This document shows, piece by piece, positions 1 to 13,621 of a stretch of DNA of 28,655 bases. Under the pieces are notes generated by a model. The model saw only the letters and a program-made list of their open reading frames with translations, was not told the origin of the DNA and searched no databases. The position numbers and the translations under genes are program-made. Source of the stretch: Octopus sinensis (lineage: Eukaryota); contig NW_021833404.1 in assembly GCF_006345805.1 (NCBI RefSeq), positions 1 through 28,655 of the forward strand, given 5' to 3'. Numbering within the stretch: the first letter of the stretch is position 1; every line of letters starts with the position of its first letter.

Positions 1-302
1 ACAGATTCACTTAAAACCAGTGAAAATGTTTTAAAAACGTATTTGTCAGAATAGATAAATAATATGGATCTGATATACTTAAAAATTCGAGAGTGCCATT
101 GTTGGTACATTTAAAATAGTTTTTTTAAAATTTATGTTTACTTGTTAGTCAGGAGGAAGGAGCTGTGATCCATGACTTTTGCTTGCCCTGAAGGACAGGT
201 GAAGTTGAGGCTGTCAACGTTCCATTTCAACAACTGCAAAGTCAATTCTACTATGAAATACTGAAGGAAATAGAATATGTTAGTGAGATCAAACAAGTTT
301 TC

Positions 303-512
303 TAGCTGGTAGAATCGTTAGCTAGTCGGACAAAACGCTTAGCGGCATTTCGTCCGTCTTTATGTTCTGAGTTCAAATTCTGCCAAGGTTGACTCTGTTT
401 CTTTTTTATCCTTTCGGAGTTGGTGACATAATTACCAGTGAAATACAGGGATCATGTAACCTGCCTAGCCCCTCCTCGGAAATTGCTGGCCTAATGCCAG
501 AATTTGAAATTA
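303..512 (+). mobile_element. tRNA-derived SINE family B (Meta-domain-like core), decayed
   Basis: Head AGCTGGTAGAATCGTTAGC, B-box-like GAGTTCAAATTC, then a decayed TTTTATCCTTTCGGAGT core and CCCCTCCTCGGAAATTGCTGGCC tail. Homologous to the minus-strand copies at 13768-15312. Confidence 0.8.
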
Positions 513-513
513 G

Positions 514-1060
514 TGTTCCAGTGGATAATGTTGAACAGATGAAGGATTGTGTGTGTTAGTTCGGGTGGGGGAAATGGGGATTGAATACGAACAACGGGCA
601 ACGAGAAGTGGAGAGCCGAGTCGAAAGGGTCAAAAGTATCTGAATGGAGAATGTACGCATTTAGCCAACCCCAAGGAAATGGGGCCTCTATAAAGGATAG
701 AAAAGAGAGAATGAGAGCACGTTTGTGGGTCAGAGAGTTGAGCGTTGAGCGTAACTGCGATAAATTGAAGGCCAGTCGGTTGAGGAGCTCTTCTTTGGAT
801 GTGGTCGAGGTTGTCTGTGTGAGTAGCAGAAGTACTCTCTCATATAGGAGCAATATGCCATTGTGGTTCTCTTTTGAGCTATGAAGAGTGTGAGCATTTG
901 TTGAGAGATGAAGAACCGGTCTTTGGAATTTGGTCCTAGCTCTGATAAAGATTTTCTTTCGCCAAGAGACATCCTCGGTGATTGTGTGCGACCTAGCATT
1001 TAGAGCTATTTCTGGAATCTAACTGAATGCTGGTGATGTTTAAGGGATAAGTATGAGATT
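514..1060 (-). pseudogene. CR1/L2-group LINE reverse transcriptase C-terminal fragment, frameshifted
   Basis: Minus-strand frames give TITEDVSWRKKI, FISQQMLTLFIAQKRTTMAYCSYM, LDHIQRRA and IIHWN in order. This matches the CR1-group pattern LSWxxHI / QLLTLYKAQIRPxMEYCSHIW / LDRIQRRA / LWNSL. Confidence 0.65.
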
Positions 1061-1748
1061 ATTTTTGTTATGAAGAGTGTTGGAGGATTTTTTGCTGTTA
1101 AAAAAAGATAACACTAAAGGATGCTATCGTGGTCTCCATTCATAGAATCGGTGCAGATTTATATACATACATATATACAAACATGACTGCTGACCTTTTG
1201 GGTCTTGCAGCCGTCGTGGTAACACCAACATTTTTTCTCTGCCCCAAGGCACATTCCTAACACGCCAGCTGAGCTTAATCCGTCCTAGTCGAAAGACGCC
1301 TGTTCGTGATGTCCTGTTATTGTTATTAATATTATTATTATTGTTTTTACGTATTATTTTTGTATTCATATTCGTGTAATATCGTCCATTTTTCTGTTAT
1401 TGTCCTTGTTTGTAACATCCGAAGCTTTCTTCAAGGAATCTAATGCGTTAGCTTAGTTTTTTCCTTGGGGCTGGCCAGATTGGAGCAATCTCAAGATTAA
1501 TCAGCCGAAATTGCGAGGATGATCCGGTTTTTGACTGAAGATTGAAGGCTTCGAATGTCCCGTTCTTGTTTTTTGCGTCGTCATCAAAATGTTTTGCGTT
1601 CTTGTCCCAGTTTGTATTTTTTATACATATATATATGTATTTGTATATAAATACTTATAAAAGAACGAGAGAGAAGGGAGGGAGAGAGAGTGCGTGATAG
1701 AGAGGGAGAGAGAGTGAAAGTGTCAGAATAATATTTTTGTAATAATCA

Positions 1749-1785
1749 TTTTCGTAAACTTTCCCTTCCCATATATATATCCTGC

Positions 1786-1831
<46 letters not shown>

Positions 1832-1851
1832 GAAGGGAAAGTTTACGAAAA
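1749..1851. repeat. 22-bp perfect inverted repeat around a (TA)n tract
   Basis: TTTTCGTAAACTTTCCCTTCCC (1749-1770) is the reverse complement of 1830-1851; (TA)n fills most of the loop. Confidence 0.95.
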
Positions 1852-1898
1852 TAAACAAAAGACGAAGGCAGGTGGTGTACAAACAAACAAATGTATTA

Positions 1899-1960
1899 GT
1901 ATAACGCTCAGGAATAGAAAAAGTCTTTTACGTTTCGAGCCTACGCTCTTCGCCAGATAC
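1899..1960 (-). ncRNA. Hammerhead ribozyme-like fold with A6G core change, in a Penelope-like pLTR relic (about 1830-1990)
   Basis: Minus strand GTAT-CTGGCGA-A-GAGC(GTAG)GCTC-GAAACGT...GCGT-T-ATAC: stem I 4 bp, stem II 4 bp, stem III 4 bp, GUU triplet. Confidence 0.55.
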
Positions 1961-2029
1961 ACAGAAAAAAAAAAAAGGAGAGAAACAAGGAGAGAAAAAA
2001 TGTGTGTAGTAGCTAACGATCTATCAAGG

Positions 2030-2290
2030 ACCCTATCAATAATTTCCCAAATGTTCACATGAATATTGCTTCTCTTTGTCAACATATCTAAGGCTATCTT
2101 TGTATGTAACTTCGTTCTGCAAGGAAGTCTTTGTCCAGAAGTTAGTCCCCTATAGAGTAGCTGCTTTAGAATTCGTATATCTTCTTTGTGAACTACATGA
2201 ACTGCTCTGCCTCGCTCTTCTACGTTGCAAGAAATCTTGTATGCATACATTTACTGACAATAGTTCAACATTCCTAACTCATTCATAGCG
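2030..2290 (-). pseudogene. RTE-clade LINE RT C-terminal fragment
   Basis: Translation HVVHKEDIRILKQLLYRGLTSGQRLPCRTKL...SNIHVNIWEIIDR matches the RTE pattern GHVVRMEDxRIPKQLLYGELxxGxRxxxRPKLRYKD. Confidence 0.8.
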
Positions 2291-2342
2291 TGTCTTCAAG
2301 ATATATGAAAAATTTATTGCCATAATAACTTATCTATTCTTT

Positions 2343-2427
2343 AACATCTGATAGCCTGGTCGCTCACGGTGATATTATTATATAATATATATATATATCA
2401 CCGTGAGCGACCAGGCTATCAGATGTT
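2343..2427. repeat. About 32-bp inverted repeat of a SINE 3' end around an AT-only loop
   Basis: AACATCTGATAGCCTGGTCGCTCACGGTGATAT starting at 2343 and its reverse complement ending at 2427. Confidence 0.95.
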
Positions 2428-2703
2428 GATACACACCGCTGGTCACAATGCGCTTCGCATTGTTTTAGCCTTCAAATGAAGCCAACCCGCTGGCTAAGCG
2501 AGTAGGCCAACAGAAGAAAGAGTGAGAGAAAGTTGTGGCGAAAGAGTACAGCAGGGATCGTCACCACCCCTGTCGGAGCCGCGTGGAGTTTTAGGTGTTT
2601 TCGCTCAATAAACACTCAATAAACACTCCCCGTCTGGGAATCGAAACCGCTATCTCTCGACGGCAAGTCCGCTGCCCTAACCACAACGCCATTGCGCCTC
2701 CAC
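2395..2703 (-). mobile_element. tRNA-derived SINE family C
   Basis: The reverse complement begins GTGGAGGCGCAATGGCGTTGTGGTTAGGGCAGCGG (A box), has GGTTTCGATTCCC (B box), and ends ...CACGGTGATA(TA)n. Confidence 0.85.
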
Positions 2704-3069
2704 ACACACACACACATATATACACACCCGTACGTTGAAATAAGATGCAAAGAACGGAAATAACAAAGATTGTTTTAGCCTTCAAATGAAGCCAACCCGC
2801 TGGCTAAGCGAGTAGGCCAACAGAAGAAAGAGTGTTCAACTTGTAGCCAAGTGCTTAGTTTAACTAAGACTGGTCATGTATGCTATTCGAGGATACAGGA
2901 ACTAAAGCAAAATATAAGGTTAAATCTTTGCAAACTGAAACAGCAAATGTCTATGAATCATATAATAAATGTTTTGTTATTTTAGGTCGAAAATACATAT
3001 GTCAGTACACAATGTGATAAGTAACCATTGTAGATTCTATTCAATTGAGCAGAAACATTTATGCGATAT

Positions 3070-3330
3070 TCGTGGTATCAAAAAAGATGGAGCATTTCCT
3101 GCCAAAACAGCGTCTTAAAAATCAAATGCAATCAAATACATAACCGACAATGCTGTCCTAGAAAAAAGGGAGAAAATCTAGTTCAAACATAGGATCAGCC
3201 CTGACAAAACACCAGCTGCGATGGTTAGGGCATGGTGGTTAAAATGAAAGGAGATAGATTTCCTTGTTAAATACTTTTCGGCGAATCAGCCGCCGAGAAG
3301 AGATCGATCGCGAGAATGTCCTTTCCATCA
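3070..3330 (+). pseudogene. RTE-clade LINE RT C-terminal fragment
   Basis: KMEHF ... HQLRWLGH / VVKMKGDRFPC*ILFGESAAEKRS across frameshifts matches RTE QLRWLGHVVRMxDxRLPKxLLFGEL. Confidence 0.75.
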
Positions 3331-3582
3331 TTGCTAAAAAAACTGCTAAAATCAACCGTCAAAATCGTTAGAGTTGAGGCAAAACGTCAGAAATTGAAGC
3401 CCCAAAGCGCTTGAATTGCATAATAGAGGTTTTTCTCTAATTTGTATATTTTATATATTTATATTGTGAAATTTGATTCAATACTAAATTGAATTTTTCC
3501 CTATACGTTTGGAGTTATACTTCCTAATATTATCATTATACAACATACATACATATATATATATATATAATATATTATATAA

Positions 3583-3633
<51 letters not shown>

Positions 3634-3756
3634 ATCAAAGCAATTAAGATTCAAGTCAATTCCAATGAATTTACTTGAATTTACTTGGTACTTAACTTAG
3701 ATGCACCAGAAAAACTATATGGTGTTAACCATACAGTAATGTGGGGTGATTATAAA

Positions 3757-3812
3757 CGAGAAAGAAGCAACAAGATGGATTATTTTTATCCATTCTTGTT
3801 GCTTCTTTCTCG
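3757..3812. repeat. 24-bp hairpin made from the 3' tail of the HHR element family seen at 26634-26657
   Basis: CGAGAAAGAAGCAACAAGATGGAT / ATCCATTCTTGTTGCTTCTTTCTCG with a 7-nt loop. The right arm is near-identical to 26634-26657 and is also followed by (TA)n. Confidence 0.85.
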
Positions 3813-3956
3813 TATGTATATATATATAATATATATATATATTATATATATATACATATACCAAGTAAACACATAAATGCGAAACAAGGTTGAAAATAAG
3901 TACTCGAATACCAGAGATAGAGTAATATGCTTTGTTAAAAAGCAGCAAAAGTATCA

Positions 3957-4003
3957 CAAAACTGTTACTCAGAGTTTCCCGTTCCCGTTCGTCGGAAGTT
4001 TTG
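3957..4003 (-). ncRNA. Type-I hammerhead ribozyme candidate (U4C core, GUA site)
   Basis: Minus strand CAAAACTT-CCGACGA-A-CGG(GAA)CGG-GAAAC-TCTGA-GTA-ACAGTTTTG: stem I 8 bp with one bulge, stem II with one mismatch, near-palindromic stem III ACTC-T-GAGT. Confidence 0.65.
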
Positions 4004-4081
4004 CTTACGATGCAGCAAGATATAGTTATATGCAGAGATACAACTACTTTGGTAGATTCACATTTGAAAATGGCTTTGTTT

Positions 4082-4117
4082 CGTTGGGCCTTTCGACTAA
4101 CCGTCTTTTCAATAACC
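4082..4117 (-). ncRNA. Hammerhead-like fold with U3-A8 core, decayed cleavage site
   Basis: Minus strand GGTT-A-TTGAAAA-GAC(GGTTA)GTC-GAAAG-GC-CC-AACG. U16.1 appears as C, so this copy is probably dead. Confidence 0.4.
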
Positions 4118-4335
4118 GATTGCATGAAATAACAAATTGCAGTTTAAAATCATATTATTATCAAAATCGAAGAAAACCTTAAATCAAAAATAGCTTATGA
4201 AAATGTAAAAAGGCATAAATACCTAGAGTAAATAATTATTTGTAAAAATAATTTAAAAAATGATAAATCAAAAGATATACCGTTTAAAAGAAGTTTCATA
4301 CTAAAATACATATACATTTAGCAATATATACATAA

Positions 4336-4755
4336 GCGTAGGAGTGGCTGTGTGGTAAGTAGCTTGCTTGCCAACCACATGGTTCCGGGTTCAGTCGCAT
4401 TGCGTGGCACCTTGGGAAAGTGTCTTCTACTATAGCCTCGGGCCGACCAGAGCCTTGTGAGTGGATTTCGTAGACGGAAACTGAAAGAAGCCCGTCGTAT
4501 ATATGTATATATGTATGTGTATGTGTATGTGTATATGTTTGTGTGTCTGTGCTTGTCTCCCCAACATCGCTTGACAACCGATGCTGCTGTGTTTACATCA
4601 CCGTAACTTAGCGGTTCGGCAAAAGAGACCGATAGAATAAGTACTAGGCTTACAAAGAATAAGTCCTGGGATCGATTTGCTCGACTAATGGCGGTGCTCC
4701 AGCATGGCCACAGTCAAATGACTGAAACAAGTAAAAGAGTAAAAGAGTAAAGAGT
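4336..4755 (+). mobile_element. tRNA-derived SINE family A, full length
   Basis: A box TGGCTGTGTGGTAAG, B box GGGTTCAGTC, internal (TA)/(TG) tract, 3' AGTC-AAAT-GACT stem-loop and (GTAAAAGA)n tail. Homologous copies at 13190, 21588, 22088 and 22592. Confidence 0.95.
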
Positions 4756-5454
4756 ATACCAGACAATCTATAATATATGTATATACACTAAACATACACT
4801 AAACATGTGCGTGCATACACCTATATGCATTTGTATGTATTTATTCTTTGCCTATATATGTCTGCATATGTATGTAGCCATGTACCTACGTCTGCATGAT
4901 TATTGAATATACGTATATTATAGATTGCCTGGTATGTGTATGCATTGCTAAATATATATGTATTTTAGCATGAAAGATTTTTAAACGGATATATGTTTTA
5001 ATTTATTAATGTATTATTATTTTTATAACTAATTATTTACCCTGGGTATACACACTGGCAGGATCACCAGGAGAATTCACATAATGAACCTTGCAAACTA
5101 GATACAAAACGAAATAATTTCGTTATCTACAGGGAGTCGTTATGCCAATAATATTATGCCAATAATATTATTGACAAACGCATTAGAAAAATTCTGCATC
5201 CTACTAATTAATCGATAGTTTGTTTAACTTGGTTAAACAATAAGTCATTTGTTTTGTTTTTGTATCTTTTAGATGGATATTTAACTAACTGACTAATAAT
5301 AAATGGGTGGAATAGACCCAGTACGTATGGTAATAATATTGGCATAATAATTCTCCCTGGCCACAAAATTTGTTTCAGCAGACGAATTCACATAAAGAAT
5401 TTTGGAAACTAGAAGGCAAGATCAACAAAAAAGTATTCCATCCATGGAGAGATA

Positions 5455-7080
<1,626 letters not shown>

Positions 7081-7365
7081 ATGTAGCCTGGATTATATGT
7101 GTACGAATATGTATGTGAAACGTGACACACACACACAGACACACAAACACATATATATGCATATATATATATATGTGTTATGTTATACATATATATATAT
7201 ATGAGTGTGTGGCTGTGTGTGAGTGTGTGTATTTCACACTTAATCGCCCTTCACAAAACGTTCAAAAATTCGCAAGGGTTAACTAATTTTAAGTGTAAAC
7301 ACAGACACGAATACAGACACGGACAAACACACATGAACACATATACACTCTCAAACGCACACGCA

Positions 7366-7445
7366 TACATACATACATACATACATACATACATACATAC
7401 ATACATACATACATACATACATACATAAATACATACATACATACA
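7366..7445. repeat. (TACA)n microsatellite
   Basis: Direct inspection. Confidence 0.98.
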
Positions 7446-7927
7446 CACACAGTGTGATTAGCAATACTGGCGTGAACTGAAATGATTGAATGAGTGATCA
7501 AATGACAGAAATATCGATTCCACTGCAGAACAACCTTATAGCGGAAACCATTAACTTTGGTATAGTGTGTTGTGTGTATGTGTGTGTGATAGAGAGAGAG
7601 TGAGAGAGAGACTCTTTGTTTGTGTGTATATGGTTAAGTGATAGGATTTTGTTTGCGATGGCGAATGGAAAGAAATTTAGCTATAGTGACCAGAAGAAAT
7701 AATGATTTTAAGGGGAGGAATTTAAACGCGGGATAAAGTAATTGAATTCCTGTTATTTCGGAAATCCAATCTATAGACTTTGGTGAAGTGAAAAGAGCGA
7801 CTGGAATGTTGCAAAAGATCTAAGAATGTAACAATGCCTCGGTGAACAATATGTACGTAACGAACATAATTTATTGGCAACTAAAACTTTCAACTTTGAT
7901 TGGTAATCTCGCCTCTATCTCTCTCCC

Positions 7928-8082
<155 letters not shown>

Positions 8083-8318
8083 TAATGATTGCTTTATGTT
8101 TAGTTACAATAAACACAGTTTTACATTAATCTAAAGGGTTACTCCATAGCTTTGTAGAGTACAAATTTACTTGGTGTCGTTTAACTAGAACAGTATCGTC
8201 AGTGACTTCGAAGTCATCATCGGAGTGTCTTATTTTTTTTGTCTTATTTTCCTTTTATACAACACACACACCACACACACACACCACACAAACCTATATA
8301 TATATAATATATATAATA

Positions 8319-9572
8319 TTATATCAGGTACGAGCCGTCAGTAATTTCTTAGGGTTGGCAGTTGGTGACCTTTATGTAGCAAAACACAAAAATGGATAAT
8401 AAGCGAAACACAGGCGCGCGACTGATTTGGAGGCAGATTTACTTCTGCCTTTATAGCGCGTAATGAAAACGTTGTTGTAGGAATGTACGCAGCATGTGTA
8501 CTACAGCAATGCTATGTGTAGCTTTAATACTGAGATTGAAAGGCAGGGGAGAATTATGCATACCTAATCTACAAAACAATAAAATATCTTGCATTTTATG
8601 CTTAGTTATCAGAGTAATCTCTATAATTTTATTGAATTCGGTGCATATTTTACCATAAAAGGAAAATGCTGCTATCGATCTATTTAATTCAGGGTGGGCA
8701 CTGCTTACCTTGCCTACGCAGGCGGCACGTCCTCGATATATATGTATGTATATATACATATATATACACATATCTATCTATCTATCATTCACTTCCGAAA
8801 AAGCGAGTCAAAGAAGAATGATAAGACATACATAATTACGCGGACACAAAAGCACGACGGAAGCCGCAAGGCTGAAACGAGTGAAATAATACAAGAATAA
8901 AAAACCAACACAAACACACAACACACACACACACCACACACAACACACACACACATATATATATTAATATATATATCTATTATATCAGGTACGAGCCGTC
9001 AGTAATTTCTTAGGGTTGGCAGTGGTGACCTTTATGTAGCAAAACACAAAAATGGATAATAAGCGAAACACAGGCGCGCGACTGATTTGGGGGTCAGGCA
9101 GATTTAACTTCTGCCTTTATAGCGCGTAATGAAAACGTTGTTGTAGGAATGTACGCAGCATGTGTACTACAGCAATGCTATGTGTAGCTTTAATACTGAG
9201 ATTGAAAGGCAGGGGGGAAATTTGCGGTTACCCTAATCTACAAAACAATAAAATATCTTGCATTTTATGCTTAGTTATCAGAGTAATCTCTATAATTTTA
9301 TTGAATTCGGTGCATATTTTACCATAAAAGGAAAATGCTGCTATCGATCTATTTAATTCAGGGTGGGCACACTGCTTACCTTGCTACGCAGGCGGCACGT
9401 CCTCGATATATATTATGTATATATACATATATATACACATATCTATCTATCTATCATTCCTCTTCCGAAAAAGCGAGTCAAAGAAGAATGATAAGACATA
9501 CATAATTACGCGGACACAAAAGCACGACGGAAGCCGCAAGGCTGAAACGAGTGAAATAATACAAGAATAAAA
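8319..9572. repeat. Direct tandem duplication, period about 660 bp (8319-8902 and 8979-9572)
   Basis: Both units run from TATATCAGGTACGAGCCGTCAG to AATACAAGAATAAAA, and each is preceded by a (CA)n/(TA)n tract. Differences are mostly small indels. Confidence 0.95.
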
Positions 9573-9610
<38 letters not shown>

Positions 9611-11239
9611 ACACACACAAACACGCACGCACACATAAGTAAACAGGGTGCCCCCTCTATGTATACATACTTTAAAAGCTGATAAGTCACTTAATTTTCA
9701 TTTATTTTCAGATTTAGCCCATTAGTAATTAAGCGTTTAACAAAATTGAAAAAATAAATTGCTAAAGAGTTACCGAAAGTTGGAAAACGTACTCAAAATC
9801 CAAAGCGAGAATTTCAAAAAGTTCCACTGGCGTGATACAACATCTTTACTTGAATTAAATTTAAGCTTGAAGCAGATGAATGTATTCAGAATGTCCACAA
9901 GAACCCAAGAAACACTCCGATGAACATGTTACATGTCACTGAAAACCAGAGATTCTACATTCAAAACTCTAATATCAATTGACGTGTGTTGTATAGTAAA
10001 TGTACCAATTGATCTCATTATGTTTAATATTATCGTCCATTGAACTTCAGATAACAAATAGTGATGCGCCTTCCTAAGAACCTGAAAGTTTCGTATTTCT
10101 TTTATTTCTGTTATTTGTAAAGGAGAGCTTCGCTCGATAAACTAATGCTTTAGAATTGCGCAGGCGTTGAAGTGACAGATGTTAGATTCGATTGGATTCG
10201 ATAGTAAGAAGAATTTTTTTGTTTTTATAGTAAATATTTCTGATTTTACTTGCTATATAAGCGCTGGAGACTCTTAGTGCATCTCAAGTATTTGTATTAA
10301 CAATTCTACGACAACTCTGGTCTGTAGGGAAATGTATTGTTATAAGTTGTACACAAATCCTCGTAATATTTGAACGAACATTTAAATTGGAGAGTGTTTT
10401 GCCCGGTATAATATTGCGCTTCGTACATTTCACTCTATAAATATTAGTTTTGTTTTGTTTGTAATGTATCCAGTCTATGATACTTTTGTCGTTCTATCGT
10501 TATAATGAATTCAAACTATGAGGATAAACTGGGTAAGGCAATCTTACTAAACAAGATTTTAAATATTATCTGAATCTAGTTACATTACATATATAGCTAC
10601 ATATTTACACACACACAGACACTTACATGTATACGTGTGTGTGAATTGCAAATCTATATATGCACACACAAAGAAAATTCATGGTGTAACGGAACGTCTG
10701 CTCCCGCTTACTGACTAAGGGAAGTGGTCATATTCAGTTGCCTTTGCCTTTAGAACAACGATTAATTAAGTAAAATATATTTATTGAAAAATACAAACAA
10801 CGCTAGTATACCAACTCATAACCTTTTTGAATTTTCATTCCTGAATGCATGACCAGCTTTGTACATATTTCATTTCATTATTTTAATTCATGAATTTAAA
10901 TCTTCGTAATATAAAAAGTATAAGTTTACCCTCCCCCGAAAATTTACCCCACACACAAAAGAAGTGTTCATCCCCCCAAAAATACAATTATCCCTCTTGT
11001 CTCGAATAATAAGAATCGCCAAATACCTTACCTCATTTATTTACACGCATGGTTTATTTACTAACAAACTTTCATGCAACCAACATGGACTAAAAACTCG
11101 TTAACATTACGAAATAGCAATATTTTCACCCGTTCACTAGATATGATTAGTAAAATGCGAAACTGATAGACTACATGAATATTCTATCTCATGGAAAATA
11201 TAAACTGTGTGCATTCTTCTTACATATGATTATATATAA

Positions 11240-11283
11240 GTACCACACACACATATATATAGATATATATATATCTATATATA

Positions 11284-11321
<38 letters not shown>

Positions 11322-11336
11322 GTGTATTGTATGCAT

Positions 11337-11393
<57 letters not shown>

Positions 11394-11505
11394 AATCGCT
11401 CTCTATCGATCTCTCTCTCAATATATATATATATATATATATATATAATAGATTCACGGAGAGAGAGAGAAAGAGAGGGGGTGGGGAAGAAACAACGATA
11501 TTCAA

Positions 11506-11577
<72 letters not shown>

Positions 11578-11582
11578 TAGAC

Positions 11583-11673
<91 letters not shown>

Positions 11674-11680
11674 TATACAT
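11240..11680. repeat. Compound microsatellite (TA)n/(ATCT)n/(GA)n/(GATA)n
   Basis: Direct inspection. Confidence 0.95.
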
Positions 11681-11819
11681 ACTCACACGTATGTAGCTTA
11701 TGTAACTTCACCTCGAAAATTTCAGCTTTAATTTCCGAAGAAAGTGATTTGTGTTCATACGTGAACGTTGATGGACTATATATATCCGTAAGTGTACAAT
11801 TGATCGCCATTGTTATGCC

Positions 11820-11866
11820 GCTTATAAATCAGAGTCGTCTTTCACATGTCATCAGTGAGGATAAAC
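11820..11866 (-). ncRNA. Minimal type-I hammerhead candidate (intact CUGAUGA/GAAA core, CUC site, no stem II pairing)
   Basis: Minus strand GTTTATCCTCA-CTGATGA-CATGT-GAAAG-ACGA-CTC-TGATTTATAAGC: stem I 3 bp plus 6 bp across an internal loop, stem III 2 bp. Confidence 0.5.
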
Positions 11867-12169
11867 TAAAGCGATAGGCAGGACCGGGGTAATATGATAG
11901 AGTGTTTTTATCAAGCTTGGAAGATAGCCTGAATGTTGTTTCGTTAGAGATAACCAACGTGAAAGGAAATACCATCTGTTATAGATTTTGAAGAGAATAG
12001 TCCAACAGAAAATGGACGATGAATGCCAAATCCTTGCTGCGGAATATCCATCACAATCTCACTCTTTCTAAGATAATATCATTCAGATGAAACGGTGTTT
12101 GGCTAGAATGATTTTTTGCATTTTCCTCTCTCAATCCTCCTCCTCTCTCTCTGTTTCTTAAATATCTTA

Positions 12170-12206
12170 ATATACATGTACACACACACACGCATGCGCG
12201 CGTGGA

Positions 12207-12238
<32 letters not shown>

Positions 12239-12371
12239 TTATGTACATATATACTATAGATATATATAAGCTTATATATATGTACATATATGTCTCCATA
12301 TATATGTATATATATGTGTGCATATATACGATAAACATACATACGTTTATATATATATATATGCATATAAG

Positions 12372-12443
<72 letters not shown>

Positions 12444-12461
12444 CATCTATCTATCTATCTA

Positions 12462-12505
<44 letters not shown>

Positions 12506-12665
12506 TATAATATATATATATATATGTATGTGTGTGTGTATATATATATATGTTGTATGTATATATTATATATATATATATATATATTATATAATATAAT
12601 ATATATATAATAATTATAATATATATATATATAATAGATAGATAGAGATAGATAGATATAGATAT
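12170..12665. repeat. Compound microsatellite (CA)n/(TA)n/(ATCT)n/(GTCT)n
   Basis: Direct inspection. Confidence 0.95.
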
Positions 12666-13189
12666 GCACATACATTCACACACACAAGCCCACACACACC
12701 TATATATACCCACACATGCATATTTTCCCTCCCTTGTCCAAGTTACTATCTCACACACACCCTCCAACTTTTCTCTCTCTCTCACTCTCTCTCCCTTCTC
12801 TCTCTGTTTTCTTACTTTCTTCAATTTCCCTCTCATTTTCTTACTTTCCTCATCCTTCTTTTTCTCACTCCCCATCATCCTCTCACTGTTTCCAGTCTCC
12901 CTCATCCATTCCACACACTCTGCTCCCTTCTGCCAATCTTGAATCGCCAGTGATGAAGCAAAATCCTCGGCCAGCTCAAATACTTAGTCTCGTGTTTCCT
13001 CTCCTGTTCTAATAATCCTTTCTACTGGAGGCACAAGGCCTTAAATTTGAGGGGAGGGGAACTAGTCGATTACATCGACTATTATACATCTATCATACAT
13101 CGAAATGTATAATAGTTGTAATTAAATTTGATTTAAATGTAATGAGATAATTTAGCTTTCAGTCGCTGTCAGCTCAGCTACCAAAGTAT

Positions 13190-13406
13190 TACTCTTTTAC
13201 TCTTTTACCTGTTTCAGTCATTTGACTGCGGCCATGCTGGAGCACCGCCTTTAGTCGAGCAAATCGACCCCGGGACTTATTCTTTGTAAGCCCAGTACTT
13301 ATCCTATCGGTCTCTTTTGCCGAACCGCTAAGTGACGGGGACGTAAACACACCAGCATCGGTTGTCAAGCAATGCTAGAGGGACAAACACAGACACACAA
13401 ACATAT

Positions 13407-13455
<49 letters not shown>

Positions 13456-13621
13456 TACGGCAGGCTTCTTTCAGTTTCCGTCTACCAAATCCACTCACAA
13501 GGCATTGGTCGGCCCGAGGCTATAGCAGAAGGCACTTGCCCAAGATGCCACGCAGTGGGACTGAACCCGGAACCATGTGGCTGGTAAACAAGCTACTTAC
13601 CACACAGCCACTCCTGCGCCT
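13190..13621 (-). mobile_element. tRNA-derived SINE family A, full length
   Basis: The reverse complement starts AGGCGCAGGAGTGGCTGTGTGGTAAG, has B box GGGTTCAGTCCC, and ends in the (GTAAAAGA)n tail. Confidence 0.95.

Noticed and set aside
1125-1650. Repeat-like block containing GAAAG-ACGC-CTG, similar to the stem III at 11835
   Set aside because: There is no CUGANGA-type core upstream and H17 is G. It is probably an interspersed repeat, but I cannot classify it from this window.
4715-4745. SINE A tail GACT-GAAAC-AA-GTA resembling an HHR 3' half (also 8860 and 9530)
   Set aside because: The upstream core and stem I are missing. It is better explained as a LINE-type 3' stem-loop.
9712-9923. 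Possible terminal exon FSPLVIKRLTKLK...ETLR after a good acceptor
   Set aside because: The frame stops after 14 codons unless one A is removed from a homopolymer. The remaining 58-codon frame is within chance expectation and has no recognised motif.
10115-10145. GAGC-TTC-GCTC-GATAAAC hairpin resembling HHR stem II
   Set aside because: The core and cleavage site are not recoverable; at best a relic.
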